A stretch of 64,000 nucleotides of DNA from Candidatus Latescibacterota bacterium (GTDB taxonomy: Bacteria > Latescibacterota > UBA2968 > GCA-2709665): NCBI GenBank assembly GCA_965203805.1, contig OZ241917.1, forward strand, positions 5,696,001 through 5,760,000. Reading direction: 5' to 3'. Both the position numbers and the translations under genes were made by a program. Under the pieces are notes generated by a model. The model searched no databases, was not told where the DNA came from, and worked only from the letters and a program-made list of their open reading frames with translations. Shown here piece after piece: positions 37,593-47,346 of this stretch; position 1 is the stretch's first letter; each line of letters starts with the position of its first letter.

Positions 37593-38690
37593 ATGGACGC
37601 GAATCAAGCGGTGCCACTGTTCGAACAGAACTGGTTTCTGCGCAACGATGAAAGGCTGGATCTCAACGGAGCGGAACGACAATTCATCTCGGCGGCGATG
37701 GGGCCGGCGCCGACGCGATGGGACGGGGAGCCCGACGTCAGCCGGATGACGGAGATGCTGGTCGCGGCGCCGGCGGTGCTCGACCGCATCGGCGCACGGT
37801 TGCTGACGGTGCTGATCGGCATGAGAGGATGCGGACCGGCCGTAACGTTCCTCCTCGAACACGGTGTCCCGCTGGAGATCGAAAGGACGTCGTACAACGT
37901 GTTGCACGAAGCAGCCTGGGGTGGTATGGTCGATACGTTGCAAGCGGTCTTTCAATCGGGCGTTGCAGACGCGACGTGCGTCTCGGTAAAGAAGCCCCAC
38001 GTCGGATGGCCGGATAACCTGTCGCTCATGTACTGGGCCGCCGCGGGCGGAAACCCCGAATGTGCCAAGCTCCTTATTCGGCACGGCGCCGGCGTTCACC
38101 ATGAACTGCAGATAAAAGGCAACGGCGAGCGGGGAACGACGTCCCTTCAGGAGGCCGTCGCGTCCGGACGCGAGGACGACTCAAAGCTGGAAGGCAGGCT
38201 TGCGGTTGCACGAATTCTCATCGAAGACGGGGCATACTATGACGTGTATTCCGCGTGCGCCCTGGACGATACGTCCCGGCTGCAGGAACTCATCGACCGG
38301 AATCCGGGGGTCGCCGCCGCCGCCGATACGTACGCAATGACGCCGCTGCATTGGGCCGCCCGGGCCGGGTCGATGGCTTGCGCGGAGAACTTGCTGGCGT
38401 GCGGCGCCCTCGCCGACGCCAGGAACAAGGCAGGTCGGACCCCGCTGCAGTTGGCTGCCGAGGCAGATCGTGCGGAGATGATTCGACTGCTCGCAGACCG
38501 TGGCGCCGATCTCAACACGCAGGACAAGAAAGGGCGCACCCCGCTCCATCGCGCGATGTATGAAGGCCGCGTGCGCGCCGCCGAAATGCTGCTCGAGTAC
38601 GGCGCCGATCCGACCGTTCTCAACAAGAACGGGAAGACCGCGTTTGACGTTGCCAGGAAGGACGCGAAGAGGTTCAAAGAGCGGGTGTGA
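37593..38690 (+). CDS. Ankyrin-repeat protein
   Basis: Repeated TPLHWAA / TPLQLAA / TPLHRA...GAD motifs. Confidence 0.9.
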   Translation: MDANQAVPLFEQNWFLRNDERLDLNGAERQFISAAMGPAPTRWDGEPDVSRMTEMLVAAPAVLDRIGARLLTVLIGMRGCGPAVTFLLEHGVPLEIERTSYNVLHEAAWGGMVDTLQAVFQSGVADATCVSVKKPHVGWPDNLSLMYWAAAGGNPECAKLLIRHGAGVHHELQIKGNGERGTTSLQEAVASGREDDSKLEGRLAVARILIEDGAYYDVYSACALDDTSRLQELIDRNPGVAAAADTYAMTPLHWAARAGSMACAENLLACGALADARNKAGRTPLQLAAEADRAEMIRLLADRGADLNTQDKKGRTPLHRAMYEGRVRAAEMLLEYGADPTVLNKNGKTAFDVARKDAKRFKERV

Positions 38691-38756
38691 GGGCGGCCGA
38701 TCCAGAATATGGGACTCCGCTTAGTTGACATCAAGAGCGTGACCCGGGGATGTCGA

Positions 38757-40190
38757 ATGAGAAATCAGAAACTGCGGCAACCAGTCAAATTCACAGTTAA
38801 CTTTCTCCTTCTTCAAACGTGCGTTATTGTCTTTGTCGCTCTTGTCACGTGTGCTCTGGCCGTCGGCCAATTCTTGGAAGTCATCGCGCAGAACCTTTGG
38901 TTCAGCGTGGTTGTCATTTCAGTCTGGGTGGCCGTCGTATCAGCAGGGTTATTCGTACTTATATTCAATCTTCGCCCGGTAAAGAACATACTGGCGTCCG
39001 AGTCGAACGCTTACCGAACGGTCTTGGAAGAATTCACCCGCTCCCTCTCCTTAATCACCGATTTCGACGGCTTGCTCGACAACCAGATCCGCAAGATCGG
39101 GATTCTAACCGATTCCGAACGCCTGTGCATTCTCGTTGCAAGTGAAAGTGGGGAAGACTATACACTCAGGACGAGCCGCGGATTCACAAAGGCCGACGTA
39201 GATGGCATAACGCTACAGCACCGTGGAGACCTCGTGAGGTGGCTACATACAAACGAGACACATTTGATTCCATCGGAGAATCGTGGTCTCATCGCGAACT
39301 TACTTCCTACGGAACGTGATCTCCTGAATCGGTTAAACGTCACCGGAATTCTCCCGTTGGTCACTTTGAACCGGCTGGTGGGTATCGTCTTCATCTCTAA
39401 GGAAAACGCCTTGACGCCCGATCAGATCGAAACGGTGCGCTGGTTCACCCCTCAAGTTGCACTTGCCATTGCAAATGCTATTCTTTACGAACAACAGCGA
39501 ATCAGGATGAGTAGCCTATACCGAGCTGAACGCCTCGCGATCACCGGTCAGCTTGCGGCTGGCGCCGCCCACGAAATTCGCAATCCGCTCGCTTCCATAC
39601 GTAGTACGATACAGTATTTGAGGAGTCGCCTAACTGGTGATTCCGAATCCGCGGATATGATGGGCATGCTGGTCAATGAGGCGGACCGGATTGAAACCAT
39701 CGTGAAGGGGATGTTGTCATTCGCCAGACCGGAGGAACCCAAGCTGGAAGTCACCAATCTGGCCGAGGTCGCGACACAGGTCGTCAGCCTCGTCGAACCA
39801 ACGGCCCACAAGGCCAAGGTGAAAATTGAAACCCACTTCCCACACCAAACTGCTGAGATTTTGGCGGATAAGAATCAGTTGGGCCAGGTGTTTCTAAACG
39901 TCCTTCTAAACGCTGTACAAGCCATGCCCGATGGTGGCTTGCTGTCGATCCGTGTGGTTGCAAGGGGTTCCGCAGGGATGGATGGGTGGCAAGTAGAAGT
40001 CTCCGATACTGGCAGCGGTATTCCCGATGAGCAACTTGAAAGTATTTTCGACCCCTTTTTCACCACCAAAAAGAAAGGAACTGGTCTCGGGCTTTCGATC
40101 TCACATTCAATCATACGTAGCCACGGTGGAAGAATAGACGTCGAAAGCGCGGTCGGCAAAGGCACCCGCGTAATAGTCAGATTCTCATAA
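38757..40190 (+). CDS. Sensor histidine kinase (2 TM, GAF-like domain, HisKA, HATPase)
   Basis: AHEIRNPL H-box; QVFLNVLLNA, DTGSGI, FDPFFTTK, GTGLGL; start is 38757 or 38709. Confidence 0.92.
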   Translation: MRNQKLRQPVKFTVNFLLLQTCVIVFVALVTCALAVGQFLEVIAQNLWFSVVVISVWVAVVSAGLFVLIFNLRPVKNILASESNAYRTVLEEFTRSLSLITDFDGLLDNQIRKIGILTDSERLCILVASESGEDYTLRTSRGFTKADVDGITLQHRGDLVRWLHTNETHLIPSENRGLIANLLPTERDLLNRLNVTGILPLVTLNRLVGIVFISKENALTPDQIETVRWFTPQVALAIANAILYEQQRIRMSSLYRAERLAITGQLAAGAAHEIRNPLASIRSTIQYLRSRLTGDSESADMMGMLVNEADRIETIVKGMLSFARPEEPKLEVTNLAEVATQVVSLVEPTAHKAKVKIETHFPHQTAEILADKNQLGQVFLNVLLNAVQAMPDGGLLSIRVVARGSAGMDGWQVEVSDTGSGIPDEQLESIFDPFFTTKKKGTGLGLSISHSIIRSHGGRIDVESAVGKGTRVIVRFS

Positions 40191-40578
40191 AACTCAACCT
40201 TGATACGTCAGGACCGGATTGCCTGGTTGGTCGGGTAAGATCACCACGTTACCGGGAAGAAATTGCATACCGTCGAACCACAGAACATGATCAGTCTCCA
40301 CGCTTCCCTCACTTCCGCTGAATTCAAGAATCGTGGATCTGCGAGATATACTCGAGGTTGTACTTCCGGGCAAATGGCAGCGAACATTCTCGAACGTCAG
40401 ACCAAGATTAGTCGAAACGAATGAAGCGTATATAAAGTGAGTGTGGCGAACCACGAGAACGTGTGGATCACTCAATAAGGCCGGCACCGAGCCAATTGGA
40501 TATGCCAACTTTCGCTACAATTCGCTTTGTGTTTCTGCATGCCAAGATTGAGAAAGACTGTACAAACGGAGGCGAATT

Positions 40579-41955
40579 ATGCAACGAGTGTTAGTCGTGG
40601 AAGACGAAGCCACAATGCGCAGCATTCTATTCCGCATACTCTCAGAAAGGGGTTACGAAGTAGCCGCAGCTGACTCCGGCGAAAGGGGTCTTGAGTTCGC
40701 TCAAGAATTCTTGCCCGATGTCGTCGTCATGGACCAGAATCTGCCGGGGATATCCGGCCAGAACGCCACGCAGAAGATAATCGAAATTGTACCAGGCGTA
40801 AAAGTCATAATGGTCACGGCGTTTGGTGAAATTGAAAAGGCAGTAAACGCCATTCGGCGAGGTGCTTATGACTATCTTACCAAACCCTTCGATAACGATG
40901 AGTTTCTGCTTCGAGTCCAGCGTGCCTGCGAAGCCCGGCGTTTAGCTCTTGAAGTACTGACCCTTCGCGAAGCTCTCGGTGAACGCCATTCATTTGATCA
41001 AATACTCGGAAAGAGTGAATCGTTGCGCGCTGCTATACATATGGCCAGACGAGCGGCTCAAACGGAAATCTCGGTTTTAATTGAAGGTGAAAGTGGTACC
41101 GGGAAAGAGCCGTTAGCCCGCGCAATTCACCATGCAAGTTCGCGTTGTAATGGTCCATTTCTACCTGTCAACTGTGCAGCTGTTCCCACGGACATCGCCG
41201 AAAGCCAGTTCTTTGGTCATGAAAAAGGCGCTTTTACAGATGCCAAAAACACCCACATCGGGTTGTTTGAACAGGCCAACGACGGAACCCTCTTCCTTGA
41301 CGAAGTGGCAGAAATGTCGTTGCGACTCCAGGCCAAACTACTGCGAGCGCTGGAGGATGGCCAAATCACCCGTTTAGGCGCCAGGTCGGCGGTTCGGATA
41401 AACTCGCGTGTAATCGCCGCCACCAATCGAGTCGTCGACGATGCTATCAGGGACGGGCTGCTGCGGCAGGACCTATACCACCGCCTTGCCGTCGTAGTCA
41501 TCCACGTACCTCCTCTACGAGAACGAAAAGAGGACATCTCGTTGCTAGCCCGTCATTTTTTGGGCAATTTCAATGATGAATCGACAACGAGTCCTTCCGA
41601 ATTCTCTGACGACGCGCTGGCGGCTCTGGAAGCTTACGCTTGGCCTGGCAATATCCGGGAACTTCGCAACGTCGTCCAGGGTGCCGCCATTATGGCCGAA
41701 GGAGAAATAATCCGCTGTTGTGACCTGCCGCGCAAAGTACGGACCGCTTCAGCCGGGGCCCCGACAACCTCAGAATTAAACCCATCGATCTCAGTTGATG
41801 AACCCACCTTGGCCGCCGCCACGGCAACGCTAGAACGCAAACTCATCGCACAGGCATTGGCCACGAACAATGGCAACCGGACCCGATCGGCAAAACGCCT
41901 AGGCATAAACCGCAAGACTCTCCTTTCAAAGATCGCGCAATACGGCCTCGAATAG
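40579..41955 (+). CDS. sigma54-dependent response regulator (NtrC/AtoC/ZraR type)
   Basis: Receiver domain (VEDE, MDQNLPG, KPF); GESGTGKE, GAFTDA, FLDEV, WPGNIREL; Fis-type HTH. Confidence 0.95.
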   Translation: MQRVLVVEDEATMRSILFRILSERGYEVAAADSGERGLEFAQEFLPDVVVMDQNLPGISGQNATQKIIEIVPGVKVIMVTAFGEIEKAVNAIRRGAYDYLTKPFDNDEFLLRVQRACEARRLALEVLTLREALGERHSFDQILGKSESLRAAIHMARRAAQTEISVLIEGESGTGKEPLARAIHHASSRCNGPFLPVNCAAVPTDIAESQFFGHEKGAFTDAKNTHIGLFEQANDGTLFLDEVAEMSLRLQAKLLRALEDGQITRLGARSAVRINSRVIAATNRVVDDAIRDGLLRQDLYHRLAVVVIHVPPLRERKEDISLLARHFLGNFNDESTTSPSEFSDDALAALEAYAWPGNIRELRNVVQGAAIMAEGEIIRCCDLPRKVRTASAGAPTTSELNPSISVDEPTLAAATATLERKLIAQALATNNGNRTRSAKRLGINRKTLLSKIAQYGLE

Positions 41956-42077
41956 GCACGACTGCGGCACCGGTCCCCGCCTCTGAGTATTCTTACCTCA
42001 CTAACCCACTTTGTGTTTGGTTTTCTCCCCTCGGCAACGCGCAAGATTTCCAATTCCACTGTTGATAAATCCCTTCT

Positions 42078-42090
42078 TATCAACGATTTG
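42078..42090 (+). promoter_or_regulatory. IHF-type site
   Basis: TATCAACGATTTG matches WATCAANNNNTTR, about 30 bp upstream of the sigma54 -24 box. Confidence 0.6.
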
Positions 42091-42119
42091 CTTGCACATA
42101 GCTTCTGATGCAATTCCTG

Positions 42120-42135
42120 TGGCACGGTACTTGCA
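42120..42135 (+). promoter_or_regulatory. sigma54 -24/-12 promoter
   Basis: TGGCACGGTACTTGCA matches consensus TGGCACGNNNNTTGCW; lies directly downstream of the bEBP gene. Confidence 0.88.
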
Positions 42136-42555
42136 TTACGCATGTATTCGCTTTCTTGGAATGCTTGGGAAAGATACCTTTCGGAAGCTATGGAAGCTCT
42201 CCGTGTGCCAATATCAGAGAGGTAGGGCGCCAGGAGTTTTACATTGCACGGAACTATCTGGTTCTCAGGAAGAGTATGCCAGGGCAGCATTTCTGAGCAA
42301 GAGGGAATTATGAGTCCACGTTGGGCAAGGTTGAAGGATCGGTTCGGACATATATCCAGGCGCAGGAGTAGGCCGATCGCAAGTTGGATCAGATGAAGTT
42401 GTTTGAGTGAGTGCCACCTTTAGATGGGATTGATTGCGACCGTTTTGAGCGGTTCACTTGCTGGTGACGCGGAATGGCTTACAGCCCAATCCCGACGAAT
42501 TCATTCCTGATGTCTATTGCAGAATTCATCAGGTCAGTAGTATAGGAGGTGGAAT

Positions 42556-42624
42556 ATGTGCTTGTTTTATATTCGTTTGCAATTTTCGATGTGTGGCAGA
42601 TTCAAGATTTCTGAGGATGAATGA
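42556..42624 (+). CDS. Candidate 22-aa leader ORF (MCLFYIRLQFSMCGRFKISEDE)
   Basis: AGGAGGT SD 5 nt upstream; its TGA overlaps the ATG of the first permease (ATGA). Confidence 0.4.
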   Translation: MCLFYIRLQFSMCGRFKISEDE

Positions 42625-44045
42625 TGGTTTTTCATCTTATTCGTAAAGAACTCTTGGAACAGATGCTTAGTTTTCGATTCATCGTTCTCTCAGCAATGGG
42701 TGCATTGGCCATTTGGATAAGCCTCTACAGTGGTTATAACCATTATCGAGAAAGGGTAGATGACTACCGAATGGCTCAAGCAGCGACCAGGGACCGTATC
42801 GAAGAAATCGATGATGCTGAAAATTGGTCAGAATTCGTGTATGTTGGCCACTTGGAACACAAACCACCTGTACCTACCAGTATCTTTGTGCGTGGACTAG
42901 AACCTTTTCTGGGACGATCCATTACCAACGCAACGACAATTCGGAGGCTGAATCGAAGTCCAGCAGAAATAACCCCGTTGTTTGGTGTTTTCTCGCCTCT
43001 GGATCTTGGACTCATTGTACAAATTATCCTGAGCTTATTTGCTCTATTGTTTACTTACGATGCTGTGTGCGGAGAGAAAGAAGCAGGCTCATTACGTCTG
43101 GTTGCTTCATTTCCGATATCCAGACATCACCTATTTCTATCAAAATTCCTCGGCGCATTGTTGCCACTGCTAATAGCTTTTGGAATGCCCCTTCTGTTGG
43201 GAGTTGCTGTCTTGCTTCTAATACCTGATGTTCGGTTCACAGACCTTGAGTTGAGTCGTATTGGCCTCATCTTTATCGCTTGTGGGATCTATGTGTCAGT
43301 GTTCACTTGTGTCGGTCTTCTATCCTCCTGTTTGACCCAGAAGGCATCAACATCCTTTGTGCTCTTGCTAGGATTCTGGGTAACTACTGTGGTAGTGATG
43401 CCACGTATCAGTTTAATAATAGCTGATAGCTTTCGAACTGCCCCGTCAGTCTACGAATTGGAAGCAGAAAAAGAAGCCGTATCAAAGTCAAATGGAGAAA
43501 GATGGCGTGAGGTCAGAGCCAGGTGGATAAAGGAGCATCCACAGTGGAGCAAAACGCCAGAAGGTAGAGAAGCTCAACGCCTCTTTTGGAGAAAGACGCG
43601 GCAGGAGGTATGGTGGGAACCCAATTTGTCGCAGCATGCCCGACTGGATGAAAGTTTTCGTAATCGTTATGACGCTCGCCTGAACCTCGCTGTTATCATT
43701 GCACGCCTTTCTCTCCCGTTTGCATTCAATAACGCAACCGTCCGATTGGCGGGGACCGGTTTGAACCGACAACGTCAATTCTTGACGACATTCCATCGAT
43801 ACTATCGACAGTGGTATCAGTGGTTTATTGATTCTGTTGACGATGCTCAGTTGAGACGTATCAATTCGGTAAAATATGGCGAATATAAGTGGGATATTTC
43901 GGATATTCCGCGGCTTGTTTATAAGGAAACTTGGCCTCAAGAAGATGTACATACGGCTCTAATTGATATCGGTGTCATGATCTTTTGGGGACTAATATTC
44001 TTTCTAGGGGCCTATGTAGCGCTGTTGCATTATGACTTTAGATAA
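42621..44045 (+). CDS. ABC-2-type permease with large extracytoplasmic loop (paralog A)
   Basis: LIRKELLEQ..S.RF, YDAVCGEKEAGSLRL, C-terminal HYDFR. Confidence 0.88.
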   Translation: MMVFHLIRKELLEQMLSFRFIVLSAMGALAIWISLYSGYNHYRERVDDYRMAQAATRDRIEEIDDAENWSEFVYVGHLEHKPPVPTSIFVRGLEPFLGRSITNATTIRRLNRSPAEITPLFGVFSPLDLGLIVQIILSLFALLFTYDAVCGEKEAGSLRLVASFPISRHHLFLSKFLGALLPLLIAFGMPLLLGVAVLLLIPDVRFTDLELSRIGLIFIACGIYVSVFTCVGLLSSCLTQKASTSFVLLLGFWVTTVVVMPRISLIIADSFRTAPSVYELEAEKEAVSKSNGERWREVRARWIKEHPQWSKTPEGREAQRLFWRKTRQEVWWEPNLSQHARLDESFRNRYDARLNLAVIIARLSLPFAFNNATVRLAGTGLNRQRQFLTTFHRYYRQWYQWFIDSVDDAQLRRINSVKYGEYKWDISDIPRLVYKETWPQEDVHTALIDIGVMIFWGLIFFLGAYVALLHYDFR

Positions 44046-44238
44046 AAGATGAACGCCCACACCCCGGGCTCCAAATAAGCGGGTTTATTGAGATTTTTAT
44101 GTACAGAAATACCGGAAAGACTAAGTTGGAGTCAGCAGTACCAGACGAGAAATCGCTGCTTCTACGAAGTGGGCTTTTCCGGTGAAAAGAAAATCGGCAA
44201 ATGAAAGCCGCAGGAACAGAGGCAGCCTTGAGTCGTCA

Positions 44239-44437
44239 GTGCGCCGTGAAAAGGCGCGGATCATCAGTGGGTGAGAGTCCCATCCGACAAATGTTGCTGC
44301 AGTCGGAAGCATTCGGCGCGGGGACATAGGCAACGACATCTCCGAAGCCTCCGGTGTAGACGGTCGCAGGGTGACTCGGCGAGTATGCAGGCCGTAACGT
44401 GAGTGAACCCTGATCAGGCCTCGAAAACTGAAAGAAT
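44239..44437 (+). mobile_element. Group II intron 5' fragment (domain I), truncated, no RT
   Basis: Starts GTGCG; GTGGGTGAGAGTCCCAT hairpin, GGCAACGA...CGAAGCC and ATGCAGGCCGTAACGTGAGTGAA...GCCTCGAAA resemble bacterial group II domain I; no domain V/VI or RT seen. Confidence 0.7.
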
Positions 44438-45523
44438 AGAAAAGTCATACTGGAGTACATCTTCTGGCATTAATGAAGGTTAGCTTATGTTTGGTCGGCT
44501 TGTCCAAAAGGAACTATCGCACTATCTATCCGACTTCCGGTTTATTGTAGTGTTCGCACTTTGTGCTCTACTTTCTGCCTTGAGTGCTTATGTCGGTACC
44601 CAGAATTACATTCGTCAGCTTCAACAATACAATGTAGTATCCGAAAAAAGCCGAAGCACCATCCAAATTTCACTTGAGAAAAACAGGCTCCAAGACTTAG
44701 AGTGGACAGGATATCGCTGGAATAAGAGACCCGAATCGCTCAGTTCAATTGTCTATGGTCTGTCTGGGACATTGGGGCAGGAAGTACGCATCCAATATCG
44801 TAGACATTTGCAGTTTGAAGCTAGCCTCTTAGCGACCGATCCCATTCATGCGCTTTTGGGTATACTCGATTTGGCATTCATTGTCAAAATTGTCCTTAGT
44901 CTTTGCATGCTCCTTTTTACTTATGATGCGATTTGTGGAGAAAAGGAAACAGGTACTCTCAGGCTTTATGCTTCGTTTCCGGTGTCTCGATCTAAACTGG
45001 CTTTAGCCAAACTAATCGGTTCATCAATTGCTGTTCTAACGCCATTTGTCTTTTCTTTTTTGTTAGCTTCTCTTGTTCTAATCTTATCCTCGAGACTTGA
45101 TTTACAAGGACAAGATTGGATCCGAATAGCGATTATAGCGGTGCTGTCTTCGCTATATTTGGCTGTCTTCGCCGGATTCGGGATTTGGGCATCCGCACTG
45201 ACCCACAAGCGGACAACTTCATTTTTCGGACTCCTGGGATTGTGGACGGTCTGGATCTTTATTATACCAAATTTAGCAGTAGATATCGCGAGTCACCTAA
45301 TGCCGGTCGAAAGTGTATATGAATTAGATAGAAAATATAGCGCACTAAGAGAAGAGATCAGAGAGAGTAGGCAACGGGAGGTTGATGACTACAGGCGTCT
45401 CGCACCAACAAGAAACCTCGATGCTTTATCGCCGGAAGAACAGCAAAGAGCTCAAAACGCTCTCAGAAGTATTGAAACCAAGTGGGATATGCTGTTTTAC
45501 AGAAGATTGAACAATATAAGATT

Positions 45524-47346
45524 GAGTCCACTCCGAAAAGTCGCATTTACTTATGCTGGTGAAAGTACTAAATTCGAAGTGTGAAAAGTCAGCAAGGATG
45601 AAGTATTGAGAATTACAATTGTAGAGAGCGTGGGAGAGGACAGATGTATAAGCCGAGTGCGTCGTGCAGTCAACCGGATCTGTTTTCGAATTTCGAGTCG
45701 CATTTCACACAGCGGAAGCAGGCGCAGTTGAATGATCCGAAGTCGTGGCATAATCTGTTTTACCAGCACATCACGTCAGAGATCGACGAGGATGTGTTTT
45801 CCGTGTTGTTTGATCCCGACATAGGCCGTCCCAATGCCCCGATTCGTCAGTTGGCGGCGATGATGGTCTTGAAGGAGGGCTTCGGGTGGAGCGATGCACA
45901 ACTGTTCGAGCAATGTCGGTTCAATATCCTGGCGATGCGGGCATTGGGGTTGATGAATCTGTCTGATGAGGCGCCTGTGGAGTCGACGTATTATCTGTTC
46001 AAACAGTCCTTGTATGCGTATCAACTGAAAACCGGTCGGGATCTGGTTGGCGAGACCTTTAGCAGCTTAACGAAGACGCAGGCCGACGCCTTTGGTGTGC
46101 TGGGTCAGCAAATCCGAATGGACAGTAAGTTAATCGGCTCGAACATTGCGCTATGTTGTCGGTTGCAGTTGGTGGTGGGTTGTTTACAACGGTTCTGGGG
46201 ATCGTTGGACGAGGCCCGGAAGCGGCGATTATCAGGAAAACACCGGCAGGTTCTGGACGGAATGCTCAAGGTGAAGCCCCATCAGGTTGTCTACCGTCTC
46301 ACCCGTGCTGAAAAAGGTGAGAAGCTACAGGAATACGGTGTGTTATTGAGCAGGCTTCAAGCGATCTATACCGAGAAAGACAGCGATCACTATGGTGTGA
46401 TGGCGCGTGTTTTTGGAGACCAGTATTCGGTTTTATCCTCCTCCAAACAGGTGCTTCCCAAGCCGCCTGATGAGATCTCCGCATCCTCCTTGCAGTCCCC
46501 CGATGACGAAGATGCGGCCTTTCGTAAGAAAGGGGAAGCGAAGGTGAAAGGATACAGTGTGAACCTCACCGAGACCTGCGGTGAGGAGGGCCTCAATTTG
46601 ATCACGGACATTGACGTCAAATCCGCGACAGCGCCCGACAACGCGTTTGTGCAAGCGGCCGTAGGGCGCACACAGCACGTGGTAGGGCAGGTTCGAGACG
46701 TGTCGATGGATGGGGCCTATAATGATCAATCCAACGCCGAGTACGCAAACGAACACGACAAGCAATTCTATTACAGTGGCCTGCAAGGAACCCCAGGGCG
46801 TTTCATTTATCGACGAACAAGAGAAGGCGTCGAAGTCATGGATCGAAATACCCAAGCCGTGCAGCTTGCCCAAGAATACAAACCGGGGAAATACAAACTC
46901 ATCATGGATGGCAAACCCCGATACTTTAAAGAACAGGCCATCGACAACTACATCAAACGCAAACAGAGTGAAGCCCTGCCTGAACACATCAGAAACCGAC
47001 GCAATAACGTCGAAGCCAGCCTCTTCCAGTTGAGCTATTACACCCGAAACGGCAAAACTCGCTATCGTGGATTGATGCCACATCAGCTGTGGGCGCACTG
47101 TCGTGGCTTATGGGTCAATCTCGTTCGGATCCAGAATTACCTCACCTCACCCACGATGCTCCCCGCATAAGATGCGACTTTTTTATGCATATCCTTGCCC
47201 CAAAACCACGCGAGCAACCTCGTAAACCGCCTCTGTGTTGATGGGCCGCAACCCGATGCACTTTCACCACGCAACGCGACCTCTCAATACACAACACTGA
47301 CACCTACACACGAAATCTTCCTGAACCCCCTTCTCGGAGGGGACTC
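45524..47346 (+). mobile_element. 1823-bp insertion sequence, copy 1 (DDE, IS1182/IS5-like)
   Basis: TIRs GAGTCCACTCCGAAAAG / GAGTCCCCTCCGAGAAG (15/17); AAGATT duplicated at 45518-45523 and 47347-47352. Confidence 0.95.
45644..47170 (+). CDS. DDE transposase
   Basis: DUF772-like GRPNAPIRQL..MMVLKE..GWSD; RMDSK, MDGAY, RNNVEAS as the DDE triad. Confidence 0.92.
   Translation: MYKPSASCSQPDLFSNFESHFTQRKQAQLNDPKSWHNLFYQHITSEIDEDVFSVLFDPDIGRPNAPIRQLAAMMVLKEGFGWSDAQLFEQCRFNILAMRALGLMNLSDEAPVESTYYLFKQSLYAYQLKTGRDLVGETFSSLTKTQADAFGVLGQQIRMDSKLIGSNIALCCRLQLVVGCLQRFWGSLDEARKRRLSGKHRQVLDGMLKVKPHQVVYRLTRAEKGEKLQEYGVLLSRLQAIYTEKDSDHYGVMARVFGDQYSVLSSSKQVLPKPPDEISASSLQSPDDEDAAFRKKGEAKVKGYSVNLTETCGEEGLNLITDIDVKSATAPDNAFVQAAVGRTQHVVGQVRDVSMDGAYNDQSNAEYANEHDKQFYYSGLQGTPGRFIYRRTREGVEVMDRNTQAVQLAQEYKPGKYKLIMDGKPRYFKEQAIDNYIKRKQSEALPEHIRNRRNNVEASLFQLSYYTRNGKTRYRGLMPHQLWAHCRGLWVNLVRIQNYLTSPTMLPA

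Noticed and set aside
40194-40508. 104-aa minus-strand ORF between HK and RR
   Set aside because: TTG start without an SD, no recognisable motif and antisense to the operon; cannot be supported.
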